Made by a program: the position numbers and the translations under genes. 64,000 nt of DNA from Phycisphaerae bacterium. GTDB lineage: Bacteria; Planctomycetota; Phycisphaerae; UBA1845; Fen-1342. Shown in pieces: positions 39,993 to 50,212 of the stretch. The stretch is taken from contig CAXXWX010000016.1 of assembly GCA_963675745.2 (NCBI GenBank), positions 223,261 through 287,260 of the forward strand. Reading direction: 5' to 3'. The stretch's first letter is position 1; each line of letters begins with the position of its first letter. The notes under the pieces were generated by a model, which saw nothing but the letters and a program-made list of their open reading frames with translations, was not told the DNA's origin and did not search any database.

Positions 39993-41240
39993 ATGAAGAT
40001 CGGCGTGTTACGTTCCGGCTGGTGGGAGGGTGCTTGCGCCGCGGCCGGGCATGAAGTGATCGAGCTGCCGCTGACTACGGGCGAAGACGGCAACCCGCAC
40101 ACGGCCGACCTCGATCGGCGGAAGGAGCTGGGCGGGCAACTTGTCCCCTTGGTGCGCGAGACCGCACCGGACTTCCTGCTCGACAACAGCGGCACGGGTC
40201 TGGCCTTTGTCGGCGATGAGTCCGACGGCGACGGCCTGCAACTCGCTCATGAGCACGCGCGCCTGCCGCTCTGGTCGCACTTCATCGACCCATTGGTTAC
40301 CACCTTTCAAGGTTTGTCCTGGCCCGTGGTGTGGCAGAGCTTGAAGAGCCGCCTGTGGTTCAAGGCGGTCTGGGATCAGGCGCAGGTGGCGGAGCTGGCA
40401 GCGTTCGGCGTGCCCAATGTCATGCACCTGCCTATGGCTGCCTGGGATCGGGAGTACTGCACGGAGCCGGTCGATCCGGCCCAAGTTCACCCGGTGGTTT
40501 CATTCGTCGGGGCGCAGAACACGAGCTTCTTCGCACCGGATCACCTGGTCCCCGCCCCCGTCCTGCTGGCGGGGGTGCTGGCCCATGCCGTGCGCGGAGA
40601 TCTCCCCCGGCTGACATTCTGCGAACTCTACCACGACCTCTACCGGCTCGGTGAGCCGGTGCAACCCGACGACCAGCTCGAGACCCAGTTCGCGAAGACC
40701 CAGAGGTACTTCGAAGCCAAGCTCTTCTTCAACGCCTTCCTCTGCATCCGCAACCGCGACCGCTTCGTGATCTTCCTCAAGCAGAAGCTGGGCGATGCGT
40801 TCGAGTTGATCGGCGCGCGCTGGGATACGACCTACGGGCTTAAGACCGCCCCGCGCCTGCCCACGACCGACGACTACCTGAACCGCCTGCGTCATAGCGC
40901 CATCAACCTCAACCTGGTAAACGGCAACGCGGAGACCGGGCTCAACATGCGCCACTTCGAGATCACGGCGGCGGGCGGGTTCATGCTCTGCTACCAGCAA
41001 CCCGAACTGGAGCAGTACTTCGAGATCGGCAAGGAGTGCGCCGTCTTCACCAGTGAGCGCAACCTGCTCGATAAGATTCGCTACTATCTGGCGCATCCCG
41101 ATGAGCGTTGCGCCATTGCCTTGGCTGGTCAACGGCGCACCTTACGCGAGCATTTGTACAGCCATCGCCTCCAGTCCATCCTGCAAAAACAGGGTGAAAC
41201 GACGGGCGGGCGCATGCCGGCGTGCGCCCAGGCACCCTAG
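39993..41240 (+). CDS. CgeB-like glycosyltransferase
   Basis: INLN...NMRHFEITAAGGF...YFEIGKE...EHLYSHR. Confidence 0.85.
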   Translation: MKIGVLRSGWWEGACAAAGHEVIELPLTTGEDGNPHTADLDRRKELGGQLVPLVRETAPDFLLDNSGTGLAFVGDESDGDGLQLAHEHARLPLWSHFIDPLVTTFQGLSWPVVWQSLKSRLWFKAVWDQAQVAELAAFGVPNVMHLPMAAWDREYCTEPVDPAQVHPVVSFVGAQNTSFFAPDHLVPAPVLLAGVLAHAVRGDLPRLTFCELYHDLYRLGEPVQPDDQLETQFAKTQRYFEAKLFFNAFLCIRNRDRFVIFLKQKLGDAFELIGARWDTTYGLKTAPRLPTTDDYLNRLRHSAINLNLVNGNAETGLNMRHFEITAAGGFMLCYQQPELEQYFEIGKECAVFTSERNLLDKIRYYLAHPDERCAIALAGQRRTLREHLYSHRLQSILQKQGETTGGRMPACAQAP

Positions 41241-41404
41241 TGCTCCGTCGCACGTGGATTGGTGGATTCCGGGTGGCACGGTCCAGCTCTGCTGGGCCGT
41301 GTAAGAGCGACCACGGCCGAGCGCAGCTGGACCGTGCGAGAGCAACCACGGCCGAGCGCAGCTCGACCGTGCCACCCGTAAACTGAAGTGCAATGAAACA
41401 GTAG
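41237..41404. mobile_element. MITE-B carrying three REP hairpins; supplies the TAG of the upstream gene
   Basis: CTAGTGCTCCGTCGCAC ... GTGCAATGAAACAGTAG. Confidence 0.8.
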
Positions 41405-41448
41405 AGCCAGGATCGACAGAGGCCACCGAGCCCAGGAAGGAAACCTAA

Positions 41449-44184
41449 ATGCCCCGGCGTCCTCTTCGCATCGCCACCACCAGGCAGTTCGAACGCGCCG
41501 TGCGCACGGCCGGCTTTGAAACCTACGTTCTGCCCGAGCTGCCCTCGCTCGACACGCACCGCCCCATGGAGCAACGGCTCAAGGATGGAGGCATTTATCA
41601 ACCCTTCCTGGAAGATAACGACATCGACCTAGTGCTCGACTACAACACCGGCGCCCTGACGCTAGTGCCCTCGACGGAGCATGCAGGGCAATACGACCTG
41701 ACCACAGCCGCAATGGGGATTCCCTACGTCGCCTGCTACGTGGACCCCATTACGTCAACCATGCAACAGGCGAAGTGGGAGCACCACTGGCAGGTGCTCG
41801 AATCCCCGAGCTGGATAAAGTGGATCTGGGAGGTCGCTCACTCCCAGGAGCTGACGCACCTGGGCGTGCCGAACATTCTCACCCTGCCCATGGCTGCCCC
41901 GGACGACGAGTACGACACGAACCCGCTGCCTACGCGCAAGTCGGGGTCGATCCTGTCGTTCATCGGCCATCCGGGATCGGGCTGGTTCAAGAGCAAGCAA
42001 GCGGTAACCTCGGATGTGCTCTACCCGGGCTTGCTGGCGGCCGCGGTCCATGGCGATCTGCCGGACTTGCCCTTTCACAAAATCTTCTACGACCTCTACC
42101 AGTTTGCGGAGCCTCCTCAACCCAGCGACGACTTCGCCACCCGGGCGCAGAAGAGCGCCGCCTATTACAATGCGAAGTTCATCTACAACGCCTACTTGGC
42201 GCTCAAGCAGCGTGACCGCTGGGCCCGTTTCCTCCAGTTGCGCCTGGGCGACTCTTTCGAGCTGGTCGGCGACCACTGGGGCAACGACTACGGCCTGAAA
42301 CATCAACCCACCATTCGCGACCGGCAGGAACTCTACCGGCGGATGCGCGAGGTGCCGATCTGCCTGAACCTGATGAAAGGCAACATCGAGAGCGGTGTCA
42401 TCCTGCGGCACTTCGAGATCACCGCCTGCGGCGGCTTCATGCTCACCTATCCCACGCCGGAGCTGTCGCAGTACTTCGAGATCGGCACAGAGTGCGATGT
42501 CTTCCACAACGAGTCGGAACTGCTCGAAAAGGTCGCCTACTATCTCGATCACGACAAGGAGCGGCGTGAAATCGCAGCCGCGGGGCAGCGGCGGACGTTG
42601 AAGGAACACCTCTACAGTCATCGCGTCACGCGACTGGTGGAGTTGCTGCACGAAGCGAAGGTCCTGCCGCGGCAGGGTGCTACACAGGAATCGGCAGACG
42701 CCCCGGCACCTCCGACCTCGGTCGAGACACCGCAGACGCGCACCGAGACGGTTACCGTGCCTGCCCCGACCGTCGCACCGCGGACGACTCCTGGAGGCGC
42801 TGCCCCCGGGCAGGGCAGCGATCCAACCCTGTTGATCCTGCAAAACCCCGGCCGGGTGTCGCGTTTCTACCTGCAAGGCATGGAACGCGCGGCCAGGCGG
42901 TTAGGAATCCGAACGCTGGTCTTCGAGCTGGACCAGATGTGGAAGCTTAATCCGCCACAGCGCGCGGCCGCCACTCCCAAGATGGAAGAGTATCTGCGCC
43001 GCGAGAACGTGCGGGCGGTGCTGGGCTACTGCATGAACGGCACGGCCGAGTGGGCCTGCACGCCGGTCGGCGACGACTGCATTCTCTCCATGTTCGACCG
43101 GCTGGGTATCGACCACCTGCACTGGTGGACGGATCACCCCCAGTGGGCCAGCGAGAAGCACGCGCTTGACCCGAAGGTGCAACCGCTGCTGCGGAGCGGA
43201 AGAAAGCAACATTTCCTCAAGAGCCAGGCGCACGCGGACGAGCTTACGCACCTGCTCGGCTGGCAGAACTGCCACGCCCTGCCCGTCGCAGAGGACCCGG
43301 AGTTGGTGCAACCGGCGCTGGACGTGACACCGGCGCACGACGTGGTGGTAATCACCGGCGCCCCCCCGCGACCCATCGCCGAGTTGGAGCCGTTTCTCAA
43401 GCAGGATGATCCCGATGTGGCTGAGATCGAAGCGATCATCGCCGCCCAGGTGCGCGAAGGGCTTGCGACTTTGTGGCGTAACGCGGCGCCGGCGCCCGTG
43501 CAGCCGGCCCTGACGGCGCTGGGCGAGGATTGGGCGCAGCGCCGTCAGCATAATCTTCGCCGGGCCACGTTCTATCACTACCAGGCGCTGGAGCAGGATC
43601 ACCCGGAGGCGAGTGACTGGCTGCGGCAGCACCCACGCCTCTACTTCGACGCGGCCGAGGTCATTTGGGCGTTTCTGGGCTGGCAGCGCACTTTCATCGT
43701 GACCTACCTGGCACAGCACTTCGACGTGGCGGTGTTCGGGCGCGACTGGTCCGCGCATGGCGCGCCGGGCGGGGAATGGGTCGAGTATGAACAGCAGGCG
43801 CAGTACTACGCCCGGGGCAAGCTCGCCCTCAACATCTCGCAGCGCAACGAGGAGGAGGGGGCCAGTCACAAGCCTTTCCAGATTGCGGCCTCTGGCGCCG
43901 CCCAAGTGCACATCGATCGCCCGGGCATCGGTCACTACTTCGAACCGGGGCGCGAGATCGCGCTGTTCGACACTCCTGGCGAGGCACGACAGTTGATCGC
44001 GGAGTTGTTGGCGGACGACGAGCGCCGTCGCGCCCTGGCCAAGGCCGGCAGGGCGCGCTTTCTGCGCGACCACACCTGGGACACGCGCCTGCCGCAGTTG
44101 CTCGCCGCGGCCGGGTTGCACTGGCCGTGTGTCCCCGGGTCCGAACATATCCCCAACACGGACATGTCTCCAGCCCTGGCATAG
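41449..44184 (+). CDS. Tandem two-domain CgeB-like glycosyltransferase
   Basis: LRHFEITACGGF..EHLYSHR in the first half, KPFQIAASG..DHTWDTR in the second, Pro/Thr linker between. Confidence 0.85.
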   Translation: MPRRPLRIATTRQFERAVRTAGFETYVLPELPSLDTHRPMEQRLKDGGIYQPFLEDNDIDLVLDYNTGALTLVPSTEHAGQYDLTTAAMGIPYVACYVDPITSTMQQAKWEHHWQVLESPSWIKWIWEVAHSQELTHLGVPNILTLPMAAPDDEYDTNPLPTRKSGSILSFIGHPGSGWFKSKQAVTSDVLYPGLLAAAVHGDLPDLPFHKIFYDLYQFAEPPQPSDDFATRAQKSAAYYNAKFIYNAYLALKQRDRWARFLQLRLGDSFELVGDHWGNDYGLKHQPTIRDRQELYRRMREVPICLNLMKGNIESGVILRHFEITACGGFMLTYPTPELSQYFEIGTECDVFHNESELLEKVAYYLDHDKERREIAAAGQRRTLKEHLYSHRVTRLVELLHEAKVLPRQGATQESADAPAPPTSVETPQTRTETVTVPAPTVAPRTTPGGAAPGQGSDPTLLILQNPGRVSRFYLQGMERAARRLGIRTLVFELDQMWKLNPPQRAAATPKMEEYLRRENVRAVLGYCMNGTAEWACTPVGDDCILSMFDRLGIDHLHWWTDHPQWASEKHALDPKVQPLLRSGRKQHFLKSQAHADELTHLLGWQNCHALPVAEDPELVQPALDVTPAHDVVVITGAPPRPIAELEPFLKQDDPDVAEIEAIIAAQVREGLATLWRNAAPAPVQPALTALGEDWAQRRQHNLRRATFYHYQALEQDHPEASDWLRQHPRLYFDAAEVIWAFLGWQRTFIVTYLAQHFDVAVFGRDWSAHGAPGGEWVEYEQQAQYYARGKLALNISQRNEEEGASHKPFQIAASGAAQVHIDRPGIGHYFEPGREIALFDTPGEARQLIAELLADDERRRALAKAGRARFLRDHTWDTRLPQLLAAAGLHWPCVPGSEHIPNTDMSPALA

Positions 44185-44399
44185 CCCCATGCTCCTCGCC
44201 GCTGCAGAGGGCCGGTAATTGGAGAGTTCGTCGAGGTTGCGTCCGTGCATGTCGAGTCGGAGCAGTCCTGGCGGCACGACCGATTGATGGGGACCAGGAC
44301 CCCAGTCTTGAGCACCCCCCGGGTGCCCGATATACTTGTAAGGTTGTCGGCCCGCCCAGTGGGTTGGCGAGCCTGGCCCGCATCCTTCTGGAGACGCGC

Positions 44400-45164
44400 A
44401 TGCCCCAGTTTGAGTTCTCATTGATGGCGCTCGACGAACACGTGGAGAACATCGGTGTCGACGTGCGCCCTCCGATCGACATCAGGGCTGATCGCCTGAA
44501 GATTCAGGACTACTACAACCAAGTAAGTGACGCCCTCCCTCACCTTTTCGAGAGTCTGGTGCAGGGACCCGCGGAATTCAGAATCCAGAAGACGCTCCCT
44601 GTTGTCGGAAAGGGGCGCCTTGACATAACGACGTTCACGCTCACTCCAAGGGGGCCTGTCTTCACGTTTCCGCGGATCATTCCAGATGTCGGCGAGGATT
44701 TCTTGTGGTCCAAGGATCTTACTGCCGATGTTCTGCAATCACTTGCGCGGCTTCAGCAGTTCTTCCCAATGTTGCGCTTTGTCCGAATCGGGAAGGTGCG
44801 GACGCTCGTCTTCAGTTGTGGGAAGGAAGACAGCAACAAGATTCTCCGCGAGAGATTCGCGAGGAACCTACCGCCGGGATCAGTCGGACTGAGTGTGGGC
44901 TGGAATCAAAGCGATGAGCAATACAACCGTAAGATCCAGGTGAACTCGGTACGAAAAGGGACCCTAACCACGGGTAAGGCTGAGGTGATGGGGCAACAGC
45001 AGATCGAGCCGACGGGCGAGTACGGGATCAGGGTAACCGTGGACGTGAACAACCTGCATCTGGACAAGGCCCTCGAGCAGGAGGAGTTGCGGAGCATCCT
45101 CAACTACGCTGATAGGTTCTTCCATGACGACTTGATCAATGTGCTGAATGGGAGGGGGAACTAA
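44400..45164 (+). CDS. Hypothetical protein, TIGR04255-like
   Basis: 254 aa with RIG and VDVNN motifs recalled from that family; GGAGA SD; TAATG overlap with the next gene. Confidence 0.55.
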   Translation: MPQFEFSLMALDEHVENIGVDVRPPIDIRADRLKIQDYYNQVSDALPHLFESLVQGPAEFRIQKTLPVVGKGRLDITTFTLTPRGPVFTFPRIIPDVGEDFLWSKDLTADVLQSLARLQQFFPMLRFVRIGKVRTLVFSCGKEDSNKILRERFARNLPPGSVGLSVGWNQSDEQYNRKIQVNSVRKGTLTTGKAEVMGQQQIEPTGEYGIRVTVDVNNLHLDKALEQEELRSILNYADRFFHDDLINVLNGRGN

Positions 45165-45463
45165 TGCAAGTGCCGAAGTGCCGGTTTGAAAACGCCTGGG
45201 ACACGAGTCTCACCGAAGTCTACCCTGCCGAGGAGCGCGATAGCACCGCAACCGCCAAGGCTGTCGCCGATGCTTTCCGCCCGCAGTACTTCGAGCCAAC
45301 CAACGCCGTTGAGGCGGTCGAGCAGGCCGCCCCCGACGAGCACTTCAGGGATCTGCTCGCGGAGCCGGACTGGATGTCCTCAGCCGTGCGAAGCGAAAGT
45401 TGGGGCTTCTGGAAAGAACCCGAGGAAGACATCTACACTGCGGAGGACGGGCACCCCCTGTGA
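45164..45463 (+). CDS. Putative antitoxin
   Basis: Acidic 99 aa protein ending W..PEEDIY; GTGA overlap with the toxin gene. Confidence 0.65.
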   Translation: MQVPKCRFENAWDTSLTEVYPAEERDSTATAKAVADAFRPQYFEPTNAVEAVEQAAPDEHFRDLLAEPDWMSSAVRSESWGFWKEPEEDIYTAEDGHPL

Positions 45464-45825
45464 CAACCGCCCGGCCCAAGCTCACGCCTGGCGAAGTGTG
45501 CCTCTGCGAGGTGGTATTCACCGACTACAGCGAAGTCAAGACGCGCCCTGCGGTCGTCCTTTCCACTTGCGAATACGAATCGGGAGGTGAAGACGTCATC
45601 ATCGCAGCCATCACCTCTCGTACCGAATCTCCACAGCGGTACAAGGTGGTGTTGAGCAGCGCCGACGACGGATTCGCCGAGACCGGTCTGCGGAGAAGCT
45701 CGGCGGTGCTCTGCTCGAAGCTACTCACGATTCACGTTCAGAAGCTCACCCGCAGGCTCGGCAGCCTCCCCCAGGAGGCCTTCGCGAAGGTGCAGGAAAC
45801 CGTCCAGTCCGCACTGGGGCTATGA
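45460..45825 (+). CDS. PemK/MazF-family toxin
   Basis: GEV...FTD..K.RPAVVLS, AITS, TGL..S, LG.L. Confidence 0.9.
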   Translation: MTTARPKLTPGEVCLCEVVFTDYSEVKTRPAVVLSTCEYESGGEDVIIAAITSRTESPQRYKVVLSSADDGFAETGLRRSSAVLCSKLLTIHVQKLTRRLGSLPQEAFAKVQETVQSALGL

Positions 45826-45911
45826 ACCGTTAGCCGGCGCTTGGTAGACTGGTCAAGGTCCCCTATAATCCCGTACGATAACGGACCCGGTGTTGAACTG
45901 CGGACCACGGC

Positions 45912-47030
45912 ATGGCTGTGCTCTTTCAACCTCCTCTGCCCGCCAGGTACGGCGCCCTCAGCGACGACGAGTGCGCCGCGGGCATTCTGGCGCATAAGAA
46001 GGCTTTCGGCCCGCGCCTGGTGATCCTGGGTCATCATTACCAGCGGGACGAGGTCATCCGCTTCGCCGACTTCACCGGCGACAGTCTCAAGCTCGCCCAG
46101 GTCGGCAGCCAGCAGGAGCAGGCGGAGTTCATCGTCTTCTGCGGCGTGCACTTCATGGCTGAGTCCGCCGACATTCTCACGGGCGACAACGTGCAGGTTA
46201 TTCTGCCCGACCTCTCCGCGGGGTGCAGCATGGCCGACATGGCCGACATCGACGAGCTCGAAGAAGCGTGGGACTTCCTCACCCAAGACTGCGGAGTCCA
46301 GCCGATCCCCATTACCTACGTAAACTCGGCCGCCACGATCAAGGCGTTCTGCGGCCAGCACGGAGGCGCCTGTTGCACCAGCAGCAACGCCCGGGCGGTG
46401 CTGGAGTGGGCTTTCAAGCAGGGCGACCAGGTGATCTTCCTCCCCGACCAACACCTGGGCCGCAATACCGCCTACGCCATGGGGATTCCGCTCGCACAGA
46501 TGGAAGTGTGGGATCCGCAAATCGTCAGCGGCGGGCTGACGCGGGAGCGGGCGCGCCAGGCGCGGGTGCTGCTCTGGAAAGGGCATTGCAGCGTGCACGG
46601 TTTGTTCACGGTTGAACAGTGCCGGGAGCTGCGCCGGCTCGACCCGACGTTCGAGATTGTCGTGCACCCGGAATGCCCCTGGGAGGTGGTGCAAGAGGCG
46701 GACCTGGCCGGCAGCACCGAGTTCATCATCAAGACCGTGCGCGAGGCCGATCCGGGCAGCAAGTGGGCGGTTGGTACCGAGATTCACCTGGTAAACCGGT
46801 TGGCGCAGCAGCATCCGAACAAAGTGGTACGTTCCCTGGCAGGTGTCCAGTGTCTCTGCACCACGATGTACCGGATTGATCTGAAGCACTTGCTCTGGGT
46901 TCTGGATGAGCTGGCGGCCGGGCGCGTGGTGAACCGAATCAAGGTAAGTGAGCTGATCGCGAAGTCGGCGGTGGTGGCGCTGGAGCGAATGCTGGCCAAC
47001 GTCTCCGCCACGCCAGTGGCGATCAAGTAG
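45912..47030 (+). CDS. nadA: Quinolinate synthase
   Basis: ILGHHYQR, FCGVHFMAE, GCSMA, YVNS, CTSSNA, HPEC. Confidence 0.97.
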   Translation: MAVLFQPPLPARYGALSDDECAAGILAHKKAFGPRLVILGHHYQRDEVIRFADFTGDSLKLAQVGSQQEQAEFIVFCGVHFMAESADILTGDNVQVILPDLSAGCSMADMADIDELEEAWDFLTQDCGVQPIPITYVNSAATIKAFCGQHGGACCTSSNARAVLEWAFKQGDQVIFLPDQHLGRNTAYAMGIPLAQMEVWDPQIVSGGLTRERARQARVLLWKGHCSVHGLFTVEQCRELRRLDPTFEIVVHPECPWEVVQEADLAGSTEFIIKTVREADPGSKWAVGTEIHLVNRLAQQHPNKVVRSLAGVQCLCTTMYRIDLKHLLWVLDELAAGRVVNRIKVSELIAKSAVVALERMLANVSATPVAIK

Positions 47031-47083
47031 CGCGGCCCGGACGGTCCGGAGGCGTGCAACCGTCAGACGTCGGGTTTCGGGTA

Positions 47084-47249
47084 GTAGTGCAGCGTTCCGC
47101 CCGGATTGACGGGTGGCATGCCCAAGCCCGTCGCAGACGGGCGCCGGCATGTTGAGGGCAGGAAGGTCTGCAAGCGCCGGCGCTTTGTGAACATGGCGGC
47201 GCTGCGCTTGACCATGCCACCCGGATTTCGAAGGCAACAGGAGCAGTAG
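47084..47249. mobile_element. Degenerate MITE-B-like unit carrying a REP-K/REP-M doublet
   Basis: GTAGTGCAGCGTT...GGAGCAGTAG around REP-K 47111-47151 and REP-M 47192-47222. Confidence 0.65.
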
Positions 47250-47307
47250 CGTTACTCCCTAACCGCGAGAGCCCAAACCCATGCCACAGGCGTCGACCAT
47301 GTGCCCT

Positions 47308-47856
47308 ATGAAAGCCGACATCGACCGCGTCATTATCACGCAGGAGCAGATCGCCCAACGGATCGCGGAGATGGCGAAGGAGATTGACGCCACCTATCCC
47401 AAGCCGATCGGCATCATCATCGTGCCCATCCTCTCGGGGTCGGTCTTCTTCCTGGCGGACCTGGTGCGGCTGCTGCCGATGAAGATGCGGATCGGGATGG
47501 TAACTGTGTCGAGCTACCCCGGCGCTACCACGAAGTCGAAGGGAGCCACGCTGCGCTCCGACAACTTCCCGGACGTGCGTGACCGCCACGTGCTGCTCGT
47601 GGACGACATCCTGGACTCGGGGGGCACCCTCCGCCTAGTGCGTCAGACGTTGGAGCAGGCGGGCGCCCAGACGGTGCGCACGGCCGTGCTCTTGCGCAAG
47701 CCCAACCGGGCACCGCAGGACGTGCCGGCCGACTTCGTCGGCTTCGACATCGACGATCTGTTCGTCGTGGGTTACGGGCTGGACTACAACGACTACTACC
47801 GCAACCTGCCCTACATTGCGGTTCTGCGGCCGGAGCTTTACGAGGGGTCAAGCTGA
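47308..47856 (+). CDS. hpt: Hypoxanthine phosphoribosyltransferase
   Basis: LLVDDILDSGGTL, FVVGYGLDY, RNLPYI. Confidence 0.96.
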   Translation: MKADIDRVIITQEQIAQRIAEMAKEIDATYPKPIGIIIVPILSGSVFFLADLVRLLPMKMRIGMVTVSSYPGATTKSKGATLRSDNFPDVRDRHVLLVDDILDSGGTLRLVRQTLEQAGAQTVRTAVLLRKPNRAPQDVPADFVGFDIDDLFVVGYGLDYNDYYRNLPYIAVLRPELYEGSS

Positions 47857-48491
47857 TGCTGCACCGGCTGACCATCGCGAGCGCAGCGCCTTTCCCCGCG
47901 ACCGCACGGTGGCGCCGGTTACCCGCAGTGCGCCTATCCGCCGCGGCCGAGGCGCCGACGGTGCAAGCTCCGACCGTGGCCGCATCGCTGCCCGGCGGGG
48001 TGCTGGACGGCGGCGAGATTGTGCTGCTGGCGGTGAAGCCGGCCTGCTGGCGCATCGCGTTTGACTCGGCTTGGTGGGTCTTGGTGACCTGCCTGCTGGC
48101 GGCCGTGCTGACCTGGACTCAGCATCCGTTCCCGGGGCTTCCGCCGGCGGCGACGGCCCAGATGTTGATCCTGATCGGGGTGGCGCGGATGGCGGTGGCG
48201 GTAGTGCGTTGGATTCCGACCTGGTACCTGCTAACCAACCGGCGGGTGCTGACGCTCCAAGGCGTGCGCCGACCGGAAGTGACTTCCTGTCTGCTGGTCG
48301 ATCTGCGGCATGCCGAAGTCGCCCGCTCCGCGGCGGAGAAGCTCACCCGCCTCGGTAGCCTGGTGTTCTCGCTGCGCGAGGCCGACGTGGAGCCGCTGCT
48401 CTGGCAGTCGATTGCCGACCCCGAGGCGGTGCTCGCCCAAATCCGCGACGCCGCCGACAAAGCGTCGCATTTCCACAACGTTGTCAGTTAG
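47856..48491 (+). CDS. Membrane protein with bacterial PH-like domain
   Basis: GE.V...KP, two TM segments, YLLTNRRV, I.DP. Confidence 0.75.
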   Translation: MLHRLTIASAAPFPATARWRRLPAVRLSAAAEAPTVQAPTVAASLPGGVLDGGEIVLLAVKPACWRIAFDSAWWVLVTCLLAAVLTWTQHPFPGLPPAATAQMLILIGVARMAVAVVRWIPTWYLLTNRRVLTLQGVRRPEVTSCLLVDLRHAEVARSAAEKLTRLGSLVFSLREADVEPLLWQSIADPEAVLAQIRDAADKASHFHNVVS

Positions 48492-48873
48492 AGCGTTCTC
48501 AGATACTGCGTTCAGAGCCGCGGGGTTCAGCCCGCGCGAATTCCCCGGCTTCAAGCCGGTTTCCGTCAACGAAGAACCGCTACGCAAAAAAGGAATCTGC
48601 TCCAGCGTCCTGAGTCGCAAGTTGGTTGCAAAACTCGGTGCGGTCCTCCGAGCCCCGGCATTCATGCCGGGCGTGTCCCGCGCGACATGAATGTCGCGGC
48701 TCGGAAGTCAAGACCATGCACTGACTTCGGACTCAGGACACCAGTGCCCCGTCACGCATGAGTTGACGGTTTCTGGGTGGCATGGTCCAGCCCTGCTGGG
48801 CCGTGCGAGACCAACCACGGCCGAGCAAAGCTCGACCGTGCCACCCGTCAACTCAGGTGCAACGGAGCACTAG
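48488..48873. mobile_element. Train of three different MITEs: A (48488-48605), C (48602-48744), B (48741-48873)
   Basis: Adjacent units share a 4 nt C(T/C)AG junction; the outer TAG/CTA are the stop codons of the two convergent genes. Confidence 0.85.
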
Positions 48874-50099
48874 GAAGCGCCGCGTTCGTATTCGCGGGTA
48901 CGGTTGCCGAGTTCGAGAAAGAGTTCGACCTCCTCGTCGGTGATGTCCGCCCGGCGCCGACCCATGACCTTGACCGCCACGTCCAAAAGGCGGGCGGGAT
49001 CGCCGCGCCCGACGCCGTGGTCCGTCACCCAACTGAAGGACGGGATGTACTTGGGAACCAACCCGCCGCCGGTCAGCACCGAGGCCAAGCCGATCACCGC
49101 GCCCGTGGGCAGGGTAGTGTTGACGGCCGTCTTGACGTGATCGCCGATCACCGCGCCGAAAAACATCTGACCGCTGTCGATCTCGGTGCCGTTGATCGGC
49201 ACCCGCACGTTGCCGTAGGTGTTCTTCAGATTGGAGTTGACCGTGCCGGCGCCCAGATTCACCCAGCTCCCGACGTAGGCGTGGCCCAAGAAACCATCGT
49301 GCTGCTTGTTGCTGTACCCGTGCAGCACGCAGCCCTCCAGCTCCCCGCCAACCTTGCAGATAGGACCCAACGCGTTGGCGCCGTGCAACCAGGCGTGTGG
49401 GTTGAGGCGACAGCCGGGCCCGATGTACGCCGGGCCTTCAATCACGCAGTGCGCCCCGACGCGCACGTTCTCGCTGAGATAGATGGGGCCCGCCGAAGCA
49501 TCGAGCACGGCCGTGGGATGCACGCGGGTACCGGCGCCGACGTGCAGCATCCCGCGGTTCTCCACTACCACGCGCTCATCCAGGCGCTCTTCCAGCACGG
49601 CGTCGCGCGGATGGAAGTCGGCGGTCAAGGTTTGTCCCAGCCGGGTAATGATGTCCCAGGGATAGCGAATCAGCTCCCCGGACATCTCCAGCCGCGGCAA
49701 GGAGCCTAGGACGTCATTCCGCCGCCGCGGATCCAGCAGGTCTGCAGGTGTCAGACGCTCCGCCAGGGGTTCGTCACATGAGATACAAACCACCTCGTCA
49801 CCGATCACGCCGACCGAGGGGGAAGGGGGCGGAGTAACCGGATCGTCAAACACCCAGCGCCCATTCACCAGCAGGGTGTGGGCGTCGACCGGGCGATTGA
49901 CCGGGGCGCCGCAGCGGTGCTGCGCCACCGGGGCGAACCAGTCGCGCGTCCAGACGCCGGTGACCGGGAGTTCAAGTTGGCGCGCGCTGCGGTCCAGCAG
50001 GATGGTGCGGCCCACGCGCAGCTCAAACACGGAGCGCCAAAAGGTCAGGGGCAGGAGGTCAACAAACCGTTCGTCTTCGAAGAGTACCAACCCGTTCAT
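48870..50099 (-). CDS. GlmU-like sugar nucleotidyltransferase / left-handed beta-helix protein
   Basis: LLPLTF.R..FELRVG, hexapeptide repeats, NKQHDGFLGH, NLGAGT.NSNLKNTY. Confidence 0.85.
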   Translation of the reverse strand: MNGLVLFEDERFVDLLPLTFWRSVFELRVGRTILLDRSARQLELPVTGVWTRDWFAPVAQHRCGAPVNRPVDAHTLLVNGRWVFDDPVTPPPSPSVGVIGDEVVCISCDEPLAERLTPADLLDPRRRNDVLGSLPRLEMSGELIRYPWDIITRLGQTLTADFHPRDAVLEERLDERVVVENRGMLHVGAGTRVHPTAVLDASAGPIYLSENVRVGAHCVIEGPAYIGPGCRLNPHAWLHGANALGPICKVGGELEGCVLHGYSNKQHDGFLGHAYVGSWVNLGAGTVNSNLKNTYGNVRVPINGTEIDSGQMFFGAVIGDHVKTAVNTTLPTGAVIGLASVLTGGGLVPKYIPSFSWVTDHGVGRGDPARLLDVAVKVMGRRRADITDEEVELFLELGNRTREYERGAS

Positions 50100-50212
50100 A
50101 AGAAACGAGTATAACGGCCGCCGGGCGGATTGCACATTACTGCGGACGTCCACCAGGGTGCAGTTGCAGCATGATTGCGGGGCTCAGGAGTCCTCTCGGC
50201 TCCACAAACAAA

